A stretch of 62,549 bases of DNA, the filler included, from an uncultured Myxococcia bacterium (GTDB lineage: Bacteria; CAZTWC01): the NCBI GenBank assembly GCA_964617105.1. It is 23 parts of 23 records of this genome, joined end to end, with 100 filler letters (N's around TTAATTAATTAA, not from the genome) between each part and the next. Parts side by side here need not be neighbours in the genome. Positions count along the whole stretch, not along the records: positions 8,493 to 11,215 come from CAZTWC010000408.1; positions 11,316 to 14,022 come from CAZTWC010000409.1; positions 14,123 to 16,816 come from CAZTWC010000410.1; positions 16,917 to 19,598 come from CAZTWC010000411.1; 19 more parts are not named here. One strand, written 5' to 3'. Below are positions 8,941 to 19,698 of the stretch, piece after piece; the stretch's first letter is position 1, and each line of letters begins with the position of its first letter. The notes below the pieces were generated by a model. The model worked only from the letters and a program-made list of their open reading frames with translations, made no database searches and had not been told where the DNA came from. Both the position numbers and the translations under genes were made by a program.

Positions 8941-8967
8941 CGTCATCCGTCATCCGTCATCCGTCAT
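8941..8967. repeat. 7-bp tandem repeat (CGTCATC) x about 4 overlapping the atpC stop
   Basis: cgtcatc cgtcatc cgtcatc cgtcat. Confidence 0.9.
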
Positions 8968-9371
8968 ACATTTAAAGCATCCAACTTGGCCTCAGCCAAC
9001 TGATATCTAAGTTTCCACTCCCCATAGGCATCGCCAAAGGGGTCCAATTCCTCTATCTGTTTATCCGCTTCTTCCATCTCCTGACGGGTGATTTGCTCAT
9101 CAATCTCAGTTGGGCTATAAGCCCCTTTGACCAGCACCGAAGCAGAATTTTCATCAACTTTGGCCAACCCGGTATCCAGCACAAACTGCTGAAAGGAACC
9201 ACTTCCTTCGCGATAGCGCATGACACCTGGCGCCAGTTGGGTAATAAAAGTGGTATGCCCGGCCAAAACACCGAAACTACCCTCAACTCCTGGTAAGATC
9301 ACTTCGGCAACCTCTTTGTCCAGTAACACCTGGTCTGGGGTTAAAACCGCCAATTTAAAAGTATCAGCCAT
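8964..9371 (-). CDS. atpC: F1 ATP synthase epsilon subunit
   Basis: VLTPDQ...LPGVEGSFGVLAGH...LAPG; follows atpD. Confidence 0.95.
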   Translation of the reverse strand: MADTFKLAVLTPDQVLLDKEVAEVILPGVEGSFGVLAGHTTFITQLAPGVMRYREGSGSFQQFVLDTGLAKVDENSASVLVKGAYSPTEIDEQITRQEMEEADKQIEELDPFGDAYGEWKLRYQLAEAKLDALNV

Positions 9372-9449
9372 GTAAAACCATCCTCAATAAGTTTACCCGC
9401 CATTGCCTTGGAGACGGCGGATAGATTCAACCTTTGTCATTCACTAAGA

Positions 9450-10878
<1,429 letters not shown>

Positions 10879-10938
10879 TGATTGTCCTTTCAAGCACTAT
10901 GTGTAAATTGATTAATTAATTTCCTAAAAGTATATTGA

Positions 10939-11215
10939 TTACCCTTTGAGAGCCTCAGCGCCGGTGATGATCTCCAGCAACTCTTTGGTAATGGCAGCCT
11001 GACGCGCCTTATTGAAAACCAAAGTAAGATGATCGATCATCTCGCCAGCATTCTTGGTAGCCAATTCCATAGCGTTCATCCGGGCAATAAACTCAGAAGT
11101 GGCGCTCTCCATGAGCACCCGGTAGAGTTTATTGTGGATATACATCTTTAAAATCTGGGGTAACAACGCCACTTTGCCGGGCTCAAAAATAGCATCCACT
11201 TGGAGGTCCATTCCA
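10939..11215 (-). CDS. atpG: F1 ATP synthase gamma subunit, C-terminal part
   Basis: [17 protein letters not shown]...[15 protein letters not shown]. Confidence 0.95.
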
Positions 11216-11421
11216 NNNNNNNNNNNNNNNNNNNNNNNNNNNNNNNNNNNNNNNNNNNNTTAATTAATTAANNNNNNNNNNNNNNNNNNNNNNNNNNNNN
11301 NNNNNNNNNNNNNNNTTGATAGTTTTTGCTTGTAAGATTGCCAGTAATACGCTAGTATGAATATTTTTCAAATATCTGTTGGAAGATCGTCACCTCAGAT
11401 TCTATTTTTGGAGTTTAAAAT

Positions 11422-12426
11422 ATGTCTTTGATGAGAAAGCAAAAGTTGTTGTTTTTTGATGATGATCCGTATATGCGGGAAACTGCTCAAAGGATTTTGT
11501 TGTCCACTACCGCCAGTTGTTTATTTCCAGATAATATAGATCAACTGGTTGAGATGATTGAAAATAACAAGTTTTCTCTAATCATATTGAATTTTGTTAC
11601 GCATCAAGAAATGGTTAAGAGGAAGGTTGATCTTAAAAATGAGAACGTGGTTATATTGGCCAAGGAGAAATTAAAGACCATACACTCCTATATGATGCAG
11701 TTGCCCACTTTCAGTAATTTTATTGCCAAAGATGCCGAGGGCCAATTTTTAGGCAGAGAACTTTTAACCACGGTTTGCAAACTACTTTCCAACGATATTT
11801 TCGGAGTAAAAAAATATTTAAACTGGGGAGCCTCAAACATGATTTATCATGTTAGGGATTCCTACTACAAGCAAGATTATATCAATGTCGTAACCGATTA
11901 TTGCGACAGGTTGAATTTACGGAAGCCGATTGTCAACTATGTTACCATTCTCTGTGACGAGTTGTTGATGAACGCTCTGTATGATGCTCCCCGCAATGAT
12001 GAAGGGGAGGAGAAATTCAGTAGCTTGCCCCGTACGGAAAGAATCATGCTAAAACCGTCAGAATCAGCCCGTCTTGAACTGGCTTGCGATGGGGATCATT
12101 TGGCTGTTTCGGTGTCAGACCCCTTTGGCGGTCTTTCCAGAAAAATAGTTATGGATTACTTAAGCCGGTGCTTCAAGCCCTATGGTTCAAAATTGGGTCC
12201 CAATGAAAAGGGCGGAGCCGGATTGGGGATATACATGTCATTCAATGCGGTAAACAAGTTCATAATCAATGTAGACCCCCATATCAGGACAGAATTGATT
12301 GGTATTATCGACCTTAATCTTTCTGTCAAAGAATTCAAGTATCTCAACAAATCTTTCCATTTTTTCACCAAAAACACCCTGGCCCGACAATTTTGTTTGC
12401 ATAATCCAATGCGAGATGATTTTTAA
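11422..12426 (+). CDS. Degenerate receiver-like domain plus GHKL/HATPase domain (anti-sigma/serine-kinase-like) signalling protein
   Basis: N-terminal LLFFDDD; N-box DELLMNALYDAP, DPFGGL and G2 GGAGLG; no H-box seen. Confidence 0.65.
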   Translation: MSLMRKQKLLFFDDDPYMRETAQRILLSTTASCLFPDNIDQLVEMIENNKFSLIILNFVTHQEMVKRKVDLKNENVVILAKEKLKTIHSYMMQLPTFSNFIAKDAEGQFLGRELLTTVCKLLSNDIFGVKKYLNWGASNMIYHVRDSYYKQDYINVVTDYCDRLNLRKPIVNYVTILCDELLMNALYDAPRNDEGEEKFSSLPRTERIMLKPSESARLELACDGDHLAVSVSDPFGGLSRKIVMDYLSRCFKPYGSKLGPNEKGGAGLGIYMSFNAVNKFIINVDPHIRTELIGIIDLNLSVKEFKYLNKSFHFFTKNTLARQFCLHNPMRDDF

Positions 12427-12460
12427 CCGTAGTTTTTGGATGTCAACCAACTGATCTGAA

Positions 12461-13540
12461 CTAATAGTCGGTCAGGCTATTTACCATTGTTTTATCAAGT
12501 TTTAATATTACTTTTTCCAGCAGTTTTATCGCCTGGTCGTAATCTTTGCGAAAGATAATGGAACCAGAACTATGAATATGCCGGGTGGGAACGCCTATTA
12601 CCAGAGTGGGAACACCGCTTTTATAGAGGTGGATAGAGCCGCCATCAGTGGCTCCCCGTTCCATAGTGGAGAACTGTAGAGGAATTTTGTTCTTTTTAGC
12701 AATTTTGACCACCAGGTCGCGCAGTTTCAGGTTAGGGATCATACGAGCATCGTAGAGCAATAGTGATGGTCCTCCGCCCAGTTTTGCCGGAACATTTTCC
12801 GGCTGGATACCAGGTACATCGCCGGCGATATCCACTTCCAGAATAATAGCCACGTCTGGCTTCACCATATCCACACTAGTGGCGGCTCCCCTGGCTCCCA
12901 CTTCCTCCTGAACAGTTCCCACTGCAAAGATCGAATTTGGATGTTTTTTCTTGCCCAGTTTCTGGAGCAGGGAGATGGACATGGCGCAGCCTATACGGTT
13001 GTCAAAAGCCTTGGCCAGATAGGATTTACGGTTGGCCATCACCGTGAAATCACCTACGGGAATAACTGGATCGCCAACCAGAACGCCTGTCTTCACCGCT
13101 TCTTCCTGGGAGGTGCAGCCAATATCGATATACATATCTTTTTTTTCTACTATTTTGGTCCGCTCTTCGGGAGTCAGCACATGTGGCGGCTTGGCTCCCA
13201 ATACTCCAGTTACGTCACCTTGATTGGTTTTTACCACCACCCTTTGGCTCAGTAATACCTGGTCCCACCATCCACCAATGGGGGTAAATTTCAAAAACCC
13301 TTCTTTGCTGATACTTTTTACCATAAAGCCTATTTCGTCCATGTGGCCGGCCAGCATGATTTTTGGTTTTTCGCTCTCTCCCTTTTTTTGGCAAATAATC
13401 GAACCAATCTTGTCACAACTCAGTTGTCCAAGAGGAGTAAAATATTTACGCAGCAGTTGGCGTATCTCGGTTTCATAGCCAGAAATCCCAGATATTTCGG
13501 TTAATTCTTTCAACATTTTTTCGGTTTTGTCCATTTTCAT
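12461..13540 (-). CDS. M42 family (TET/glutamyl) aminopeptidase
   Basis: AGHMDEIG, KAFDNRIG, TVQEEVGARGA, TDGG and RHIHS. Confidence 0.93.
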   Translation of the reverse strand: MKMDKTEKMLKELTEISGISGYETEIRQLLRKYFTPLGQLSCDKIGSIICQKKGESEKPKIMLAGHMDEIGFMVKSISKEGFLKFTPIGGWWDQVLLSQRVVVKTNQGDVTGVLGAKPPHVLTPEERTKIVEKKDMYIDIGCTSQEEAVKTGVLVGDPVIPVGDFTVMANRKSYLAKAFDNRIGCAMSISLLQKLGKKKHPNSIFAVGTVQEEVGARGAATSVDMVKPDVAIILEVDIAGDVPGIQPENVPAKLGGGPSLLLYDARMIPNLKLRDLVVKIAKKNKIPLQFSTMERGATDGGSIHLYKSGVPTLVIGVPTRHIHSSGSIIFRKDYDQAIKLLEKVILKLDKTMVNSLTDY

Positions 13541-13554
13541 CCCCAATAGGTTAG

Positions 13555-13737
13555 TAGTTCCCGTCCGAAAACCCCCTTCAGCTACGAATGTGGCTGCATC
13601 TCGGCTAACAGCGTTGCAGGTTCCAAAATCGTCCTCAACGTAGCTATCGCTACGCCTCCGGCGATTTTGAAACCTGCGCCTTGTTATCCAAGCGCAGCCA
13701 AATTCTCGCGACGAAGTGAATATTCGGACAGGAACTA
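13555..13737. mobile_element. MITE-like palindromic element with TA-ended terminal inverted repeats
   Basis: TAGTTCCCGTCCGAA...TTCGGACAGGAACTA (14/15 inverted match); nested internal stems; core TCCTCAACGTAGC-TATC-GCTACGCCTCCGG. Confidence 0.85.
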
Positions 13738-14022
13738 AGTAGTTTCCGTTCGACAGAAATTATCTAATAAAAATATTTTTTCGGCCCAGGGTTCGGCAAA
13801 TTCTATTTTTCTGTTTTTACGATCAAATTCAAACAGATGGTCCAGGCCGGGTAATCCTCCAGCATCAACGGTGTAACTGCCAGCATCACACTTATAGTAA
13901 ACTAATAGCAAATTATAAAAAATTTCTAAACTCAATTCGGTTTTTTGGGCCATTTTTTTGATTTGTCCGGCAGCGGACTTCAAGTCTATTTTGTTTTTTA
14001 AATAGCCGCCCAGGGGATCTTG
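13735..14022 (-). CDS. Hypothetical protein, C-terminal fragment
   Basis: Frame is open from the contig edge to TAG 13735, which overlaps the MITE end. Confidence 0.55.
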   Translation of the reverse strand, partial: QDPLGGYLKNKIDLKSAAGQIKKMAQKTELSLEIFYNLLLVYYKCDAGSYTVDAGGLPGLDHLFEFDRKNRKIEFAEPWAEKIFLLDNFCRTETT

Positions 14023-14122
14023 NNNNNNNNNNNNNNNNNNNNNNNNNNNNNNNNNNNNNNNNNNNNTTAATTAATTAANNNNNNNNNNNNNNNNNNNNNN
14101 NNNNNNNNNNNNNNNNNNNNNN

Positions 14123-14224
14123 TTGGTAACCGAAGACAACTCCATGGTTTTTCGAATCGATGACAGTATCCCTATAATGCTTTGGGAAAAGGGGATAGCG
14201 GTTGATAAACTCAACTGGGAATAA
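14123..14224 (+). CDS. Trm112-like small protein, C-terminal fragment (not in the ORF track)
   Basis: LVTEDNSMVFRIDDSIPIMLWEKG resembles the Trm112 YPIxDGIPVML motif. Confidence 0.65.
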   Translation: MVTEDNSMVFRIDDSIPIMLWEKGIAVDKLNWE

Positions 14225-14247
14225 GAACGAAATTAATTCCCGGGATT

Positions 14248-15621
14248 TCAATCCCTGGTTGACAACCGGCAAAATCTATCAATTGCTTCAGCCAGTTTTA
14301 TATGCAGGCAACCTCTTATCTCCAGACCGTCTTCAGTGGCGTTGATAAAGGTGCTTTCCTTGCAGGAGATGATCCTGTTTTCAATCCAGTTTCGATATTT
14401 GAGCAAACCGAACCTGGTGGTAGTTTTACTGCCGAAAATGTTTTTATCCACTCTCAGGGCTGAATGCATTTCAACCATCTCATTCTCACCGTACATACCG
14501 CCGTCAACATGATGGCGTTTACCAGTATAAGATAAATCCTGGCCCACCAGGATAATGGGGTCGCCCCCCATTTTAATGGCTATATCCAAAAGTGCCGTGG
14601 CCACCGAACCGCCGCTGTCGATCAGAAAATTATGGTTGTCAAGATGATCAACTTCATTGGCGGCAATATATTTGGGGCCTTTATAGGAAGCCACGGTATT
14701 AAAGCAGGCAGTGTCAAGGAATATCAAAGGGATCTGCCGTTCCTCCTGACCAGATATCTGCCTATAGGTTGACTCCATAGGGTCAATTATACAAAACATA
14801 TCTGGCTCCACCTCCATTTTTAACAGAGGTTTTAAGGCTGAGCCAGCAGCCAGGATAATACTCCCGGTTTTAGCCTTTTTTAAAAGTGGACCATTCTTGG
14901 CCAGAGAGGGACCAGAAGAAACAACAATGATGGGTTGGTTTTGATATTTACCGAATAGATGTCCAATGTTTTTACTATCGACAGTTTTATTGTGCAAATA
15001 ATTTTTTTCTAACACTTGAATAGAAACATTGGCCCATCTTTTATCCGGGCCTTTTTTTATGTTCCAATCCTCTAAAAGGATTTTTATCTTGTCATACTCT
15101 GGAGGTATTGCCTTTATGGATGGTAAATAGATGGTAAACTGACAATCTACTTGTAAATATTGTTGGAAATTATCCAAGAAAGTTGAGGGCTCATCAGTTA
15201 CCACCAATTTTATTCGCTGGTCGGAAATTAACTCTTGCCAATCGTTGAGAGTCAGGGCTAGTTTGAAGAGAGCCAGGTTTAACTCCATCACAATCAGTTT
15301 CTGTTTCTCCGTAAGATGGCTAAGAAGTTCTTGAATGTGATAGCCCAGGCCAAAACCGTATAGCAAAATTATTTTCTTGTTTCGATCTTTCAACTCCCTC
15401 CGGACAAAGCCTTCTGCCTCTTTTTGAGGAGCATATTTGCTATGTAATAAAAATCCTTCCCCTCCCAAACGGTCACTTTGAAAAATTTTAACAGTATTTT
15501 GACCGTTTTTACTATTAATTATCTCAAAAAGTCCATCTGGAATAGTAATAGAGCACAATTTTTGATAGAGAAGTTGATCCCTATTTTTGATTGCCAGAAG
15601 ATTTTTAGCCAGAATATCCAT
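14248..15621 (-). CDS. Motility-associated factor (Maf/DUF115) flagellin glycosyltransferase
   Basis: LHSKYAP, YGFGLGYH, VSSGPSLAKN and GGSVAT...GGDPIILVGQDLSY. Confidence 0.88.
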   Translation of the reverse strand: MDILAKNLLAIKNRDQLLYQKLCSITIPDGLFEIINSKNGQNTVKIFQSDRLGGEGFLLHSKYAPQKEAEGFVRRELKDRNKKIILLYGFGLGYHIQELLSHLTEKQKLIVMELNLALFKLALTLNDWQELISDQRIKLVVTDEPSTFLDNFQQYLQVDCQFTIYLPSIKAIPPEYDKIKILLEDWNIKKGPDKRWANVSIQVLEKNYLHNKTVDSKNIGHLFGKYQNQPIIVVSSGPSLAKNGPLLKKAKTGSIILAAGSALKPLLKMEVEPDMFCIIDPMESTYRQISGQEERQIPLIFLDTACFNTVASYKGPKYIAANEVDHLDNHNFLIDSGGSVATALLDIAIKMGGDPIILVGQDLSYTGKRHHVDGGMYGENEMVEMHSALRVDKNIFGSKTTTRFGLLKYRNWIENRIISCKESTFINATEDGLEIRGCLHIKLAEAIDRFCRLSTRD

Positions 15622-15701
15622 AATGCGAACTTATTTTTTACGGACCCGAAAGAAAAATATCTGTTATAATAAAAAATAAATTTGATCAAGAAGTTAAGTA
15701 T

Positions 15702-16816
15702 ATGTCAACTTACCTTAAAAATCTATCTCTTCTTAAAAAGAGCCTGGGCTATCCAGTCCTGGAATTACCTCAATCAGAGCCTCCTGCCCATTCTGCTATT
15801 GAAATAATAGAAGCCCGTAAAAGTTCTATAACATTAATATATAAAGGTAAATACCTTCACAGCCGTTTTGATCCAATCAAAGAGAGTAAACAGATTTTAA
15901 GCCGCCTTCTACCTGGCGGCCTTTCCTATGATATTATAATCCTGGCTGGTATGGGGGCCGGACATTTTTTAACTGCCCTGGCAAACTATGAAATTGATAA
16001 AATAATTGTTTTTGAACCTGATATTGATCTTTTCAAACAGATACTCAAGCAAGAATTGATCTCATCGATTTTAAAATCTCATGGAAATAAATTATTTATC
16101 ACTTCAAAACTCGAGGAGATGATAAAATTTTTCAACTCCATTTATCATTATGGACTCAAGAGTAAACTGATTATACCTCCAATATATGAACAAATGTTCC
16201 CGGCCCAAACCAAACTTTTGGTTAAACATCTAAGTGAAACCAGGCTCAACATTGATGGAATTGAAACCACCGAGTTAGCAGACAGTTTCACCTGGATGAA
16301 AAATTTTTGGCAAAATCTACCCATTATATTAAATAACCATTCTTCCGGAGAGTTAGCCAAATTCGTCAAAAACCTTCCTGTCTTTATTGTCAGCGCTGGA
16401 CCCAGCCTGGATAAGAACATTCACCTTTTAAAAAAAATCGAAGGCAAGGGGATAATCATTTCTACTGATGCGGTATTTGCCAAGTTGGCAAAGGCCGGGA
16501 TTAAGCCCGATTTTACTGTTGCTATCGAGTGTGACCAATTCAATGCCACCTTTTTTCAAGGTAATGAAGATACTTTAAAAGAAACTATCTTACTTTTGAA
16601 TGCCTACAGCCATCCCCAGTTATACAAGTTTAAAGCCAGGAAAATATATACATTCTATCTGGCTACAGAGAAAATTATCGATCAACTCTTCATCTCCGCA
16701 GGATTTGAAAGCGGATCTCTTTATTTTTCTGGAACTGTTTCATCGGCAGCCTTTTCAATGGCCTACTTGATGGGGGGCAACCCTATTGTTCTTTTAGGAC
16801 AAGATTTGGCCTATTC
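15702..16816 (+). CDS. Second Maf/DUF115 glycosyltransferase, divergent (3' partial)
   Basis: LHSRFDP, GMGAGH, VSAGPSLDKN and GGNPIVLLGQDLAY. Confidence 0.88.
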
Positions 16817-16916
16817 NNNNNNNNNNNNNNNNNNNNNNNNNNNNNNNNNNNNNNNNNNNNTTAATTAATTAANNNNNNNNNNNNNNNNNNNNNNNNNNNN
16901 NNNNNNNNNNNNNNNN

Positions 16917-17075
16917 GAGGTATGTTCTGTCAAAATAGAAAACTATGACAATCACCGGGATAAATATCAGCAACTGACAGAACTCTGCAACTTTAAACCG
17001 ATTGAGCAGCCGTTGGTTCAATTCCTTATGGAATGGGAGAATAATTGCGGAAAAAAACAATATGACCACAGGTAA
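16917..17075 (+). CDS. Hypothetical protein C-terminus overlapping the primase-polymerase start
   Basis: Open frame EVCSVKIENYDNHRDKYQQLTELC...YDHR*; 14-nt overlap with ATG 17062. Confidence 0.55.
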   Translation, partial: EVCSVKIENYDNHRDKYQQLTELCNFKPIEQPLVQFLMEWENNCGKKQYDHR

Positions 17076-19068
17076 AGATAAAACAGATATTCAACATGAT
17101 TCTAACTGGCAAGCCTCTGTCGAACTGTTAAACAGAGTGAAAAGTGCAATTGATGGGAACGTTAGTCAAGGCACAGTTGATTTGGCCCGGTCACGTCAGA
17201 CGATTGAAATCCTCGACTCGCCACATCATCTGGCCTGGGCAGTCATGCTGGAGGAGTTGGGTCTTTTTGCCGATGTGGTGCAGGAGTTGAACCTGGCTGT
17301 TCGTGATGATCCAGCCAACAGAGATACCTACCGGCGACTGGCAGATCTTCATCTCGATGGCGGCAATCCCCTCAAGGCGGCCAGGTATCTGTGGGCTCTG
17401 GCAAAACAGGAACCACAGAATCAGGCCCATTATCGGGATATCGGCAAAATCCTGGAAGAAGCGGGTGAATATAAAAAAGCCCGCCAGGTGTATCGACAAG
17501 GTTTAAAATTGACCAATGACCCGATATTTGAACAATTGTCGGGTTCTCTCGATTTTCTTGACCAGGAAAAAACAGCCATCCCTGATTCTGAGCAATCGCT
17601 CGAAAAGGGTGGGCAAATAGTGCCGGCCAAACATCATCTGGTAACCTATCTCTCACTTTTTTCCGGCCGCGAAGGTGTATATGCCCGCCAGTGGGTTAGC
17701 AACACTGGTGAAACTGGTTATACTCCGGTACACGAACCTTTGACCATGAATGTGGCAAAAAACCATATTTTGGGTAATTTAACGACCGGTGTCTATCCAA
17801 TCAGACAGGACAACACTGTTAATTTTATCGCTTTTGATTTTGACCTGGCCAAATTTATGCTGAAAAAGGCGATTTCCAGAGAGAGCCTGTGGGAAAAAGC
17901 CATCAACAAGGTATATAGCGTTGCCACTAGATTAATCGACACTGCCGCCGCTGATGAGATTCCAATTTTTTTGGAAGAATCCGGCTTCAAGGGATTTCAT
18001 GGCTGGATATTTCTAGAAACGCCGATACCGGCAGGCGTGGCCAAAAAATTCGGTGAAACTTTACTAAACATGATTCTTCCTTTGCCACCGGAAGTAAACG
18101 TGGAGATTTTTCCCAAACAGGGATCGGTTAAAAGGGGCGGATTGGGTAATCTGATCAAGTTGCCGCTCGGTTTTCACAAGCGTACCGGCCAGCGGGGACT
18201 TTTTGTTACACCTGGAGGAGCACCATACCCTGATCAACTCAATTATCTCGAAAATATAAGACCAACAAACCGACGGTTGATTTACGCTTTTATCCAACGT
18301 CATGACAGCAAAGTAAAACATGCCACCCCATATTTGAGCAGGGAACTACCCGGGCAACTACAGACAGATGACAGAACATATTCAGTAGAAGCTAATAATA
18401 AAAGTGTAAAACCGGCCGGTTCCTTTGAACGAAATCAAAATTTTTCTGGGCAGGTATTGTCTGAAGAATACGATCTGGAGCGTGACCGGCAATTTCAATT
18501 TTTGATTATGAAATGCCCAGTGATAAAGGCCATTGTCGAGAGGATTAATCGCGAGTCCACTATTTCCAAAGAGGAGACTCTGGTGCTCATCCATTCAGTT
18601 GGTCATCTCGAAAGAGGGCCGGATGCAGTCAATCAGTTGTTTATGCGTTGTATAAATGCCGACCCATCACTGTTTATGAAATCGAAACTCAAGGGTAACC
18701 CGGTTAGTTGCCCAAAAATCAGGGCCCGGGTTTCGCATATATCTTCGGCGGTTGCCTGTAATTGTCGATTTGATCCGGAAATCAATTTATATCCCACTCC
18801 TGTTATTCATGTTCTATCGATGGATAAAAATCAAGAAAACACTCCACTAGGATTGACCATTGAGTCGATGCAGTTTCAGAATCTACTGCAGGAGTATTTG
18901 AAACTGCGGCGGCAATCCAGGGAGATCGGCCTGTTGATGAAAAAATATGAGTCACAAATAAACCAGGTATTTGAGCAATCCGGCATCGAATTTTTGGAAA
19001 CTCCAACGGGGAAATTGCGCCAACAAAAAGGAGTGGATAATAATATCACTTATACACTGGAGATATAG
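17062..19068 (+). CDS. TPR + archaeo-eukaryotic primase + PriL-like Cys domain protein; CRISPR-associated primase-polymerase (CAPP type A-like)
   Basis: N-terminal TPR helices; FSGREGVYARQW; motif I FDFD, motif II ESGFKGFHGW, motif III EIFP and GNLIKLPLG; C-terminal KCPV/RC/PVSC/CNC/YPTP and a coiled coil. Confidence 0.82.
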   Translation: MTTGKDKTDIQHDSNWQASVELLNRVKSAIDGNVSQGTVDLARSRQTIEILDSPHHLAWAVMLEELGLFADVVQELNLAVRDDPANRDTYRRLADLHLDGGNPLKAARYLWALAKQEPQNQAHYRDIGKILEEAGEYKKARQVYRQGLKLTNDPIFEQLSGSLDFLDQEKTAIPDSEQSLEKGGQIVPAKHHLVTYLSLFSGREGVYARQWVSNTGETGYTPVHEPLTMNVAKNHILGNLTTGVYPIRQDNTVNFIAFDFDLAKFMLKKAISRESLWEKAINKVYSVATRLIDTAAADEIPIFLEESGFKGFHGWIFLETPIPAGVAKKFGETLLNMILPLPPEVNVEIFPKQGSVKRGGLGNLIKLPLGFHKRTGQRGLFVTPGGAPYPDQLNYLENIRPTNRRLIYAFIQRHDSKVKHATPYLSRELPGQLQTDDRTYSVEANNKSVKPAGSFERNQNFSGQVLSEEYDLERDRQFQFLIMKCPVIKAIVERINRESTISKEETLVLIHSVGHLERGPDAVNQLFMRCINADPSLFMKSKLKGNPVSCPKIRARVSHISSAVACNCRFDPEINLYPTPVIHVLSMDKNQENTPLGLTIESMQFQNLLQEYLKLRRQSREIGLLMKKYESQINQVFEQSGIEFLETPTGKLRQQKGVDNNITYTLEI

Positions 19069-19698
19069 GGTATTTTTCACAACTTTTGGCCAGTTGTCAA
19101 AAGAATGGTAAGAAATATAATCCTTCAACGACACCCGTCATTTCGATCCTTGCCTCCTGTCATGGGGTAAATTTATTTTTTTTATACAAGATCATCATCT
19201 CCTATAAACTTTAGCCAAGACAATGTAAGTTCTGGATTGTATAGATAAAATTCCAGGTCAAATTCAAGACATTGATAATCAAAAAATATTTATAGTCGTT
19301 CCATTTTTGCCATTACCCCTAGAGAATGGAGAAATTCTTCGGATGAATCCTATCCGTTTTAAATTAGATAAAAAAGAAACTTCTGGATCATATCTGCGAA
19401 AATTTACATAAATCAAAAAGGCAAACTCGTTATGTGAAACTATACAGAATAAATTTTAATAAAACCGCTATCCAAACGGCAATAGAGAAGTGCGTTTAAA
19501 TAATGGCTGGATGCTACCAACTCTTAAAAAAATGACAACTTTACGGTTACTTTCCGGAACAAACTCATGGATAAAAAAAGATTAATGTCTAAACATGANN
19601 NNNNNNNNNNNNNNNNNNNNNNNNNNNNNNNNNNNNNNNNNNTTAATTAATTAANNNNNNNNNNNNNNNNNNNNNNNNNNNNNNNNNNNNNNNNNNNN

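Noticed and set aside
14075-14272. Minus-strand 65-aa ORF
   Set aside because: The plus-strand frame gives a Trm112-like C-terminus, which is a better explanation.
19069-19598. CRISPR array or leader downstream of the CAPP-like gene
   Set aside because: No direct repeats found by eye; AT-richness alone does not support a leader call.
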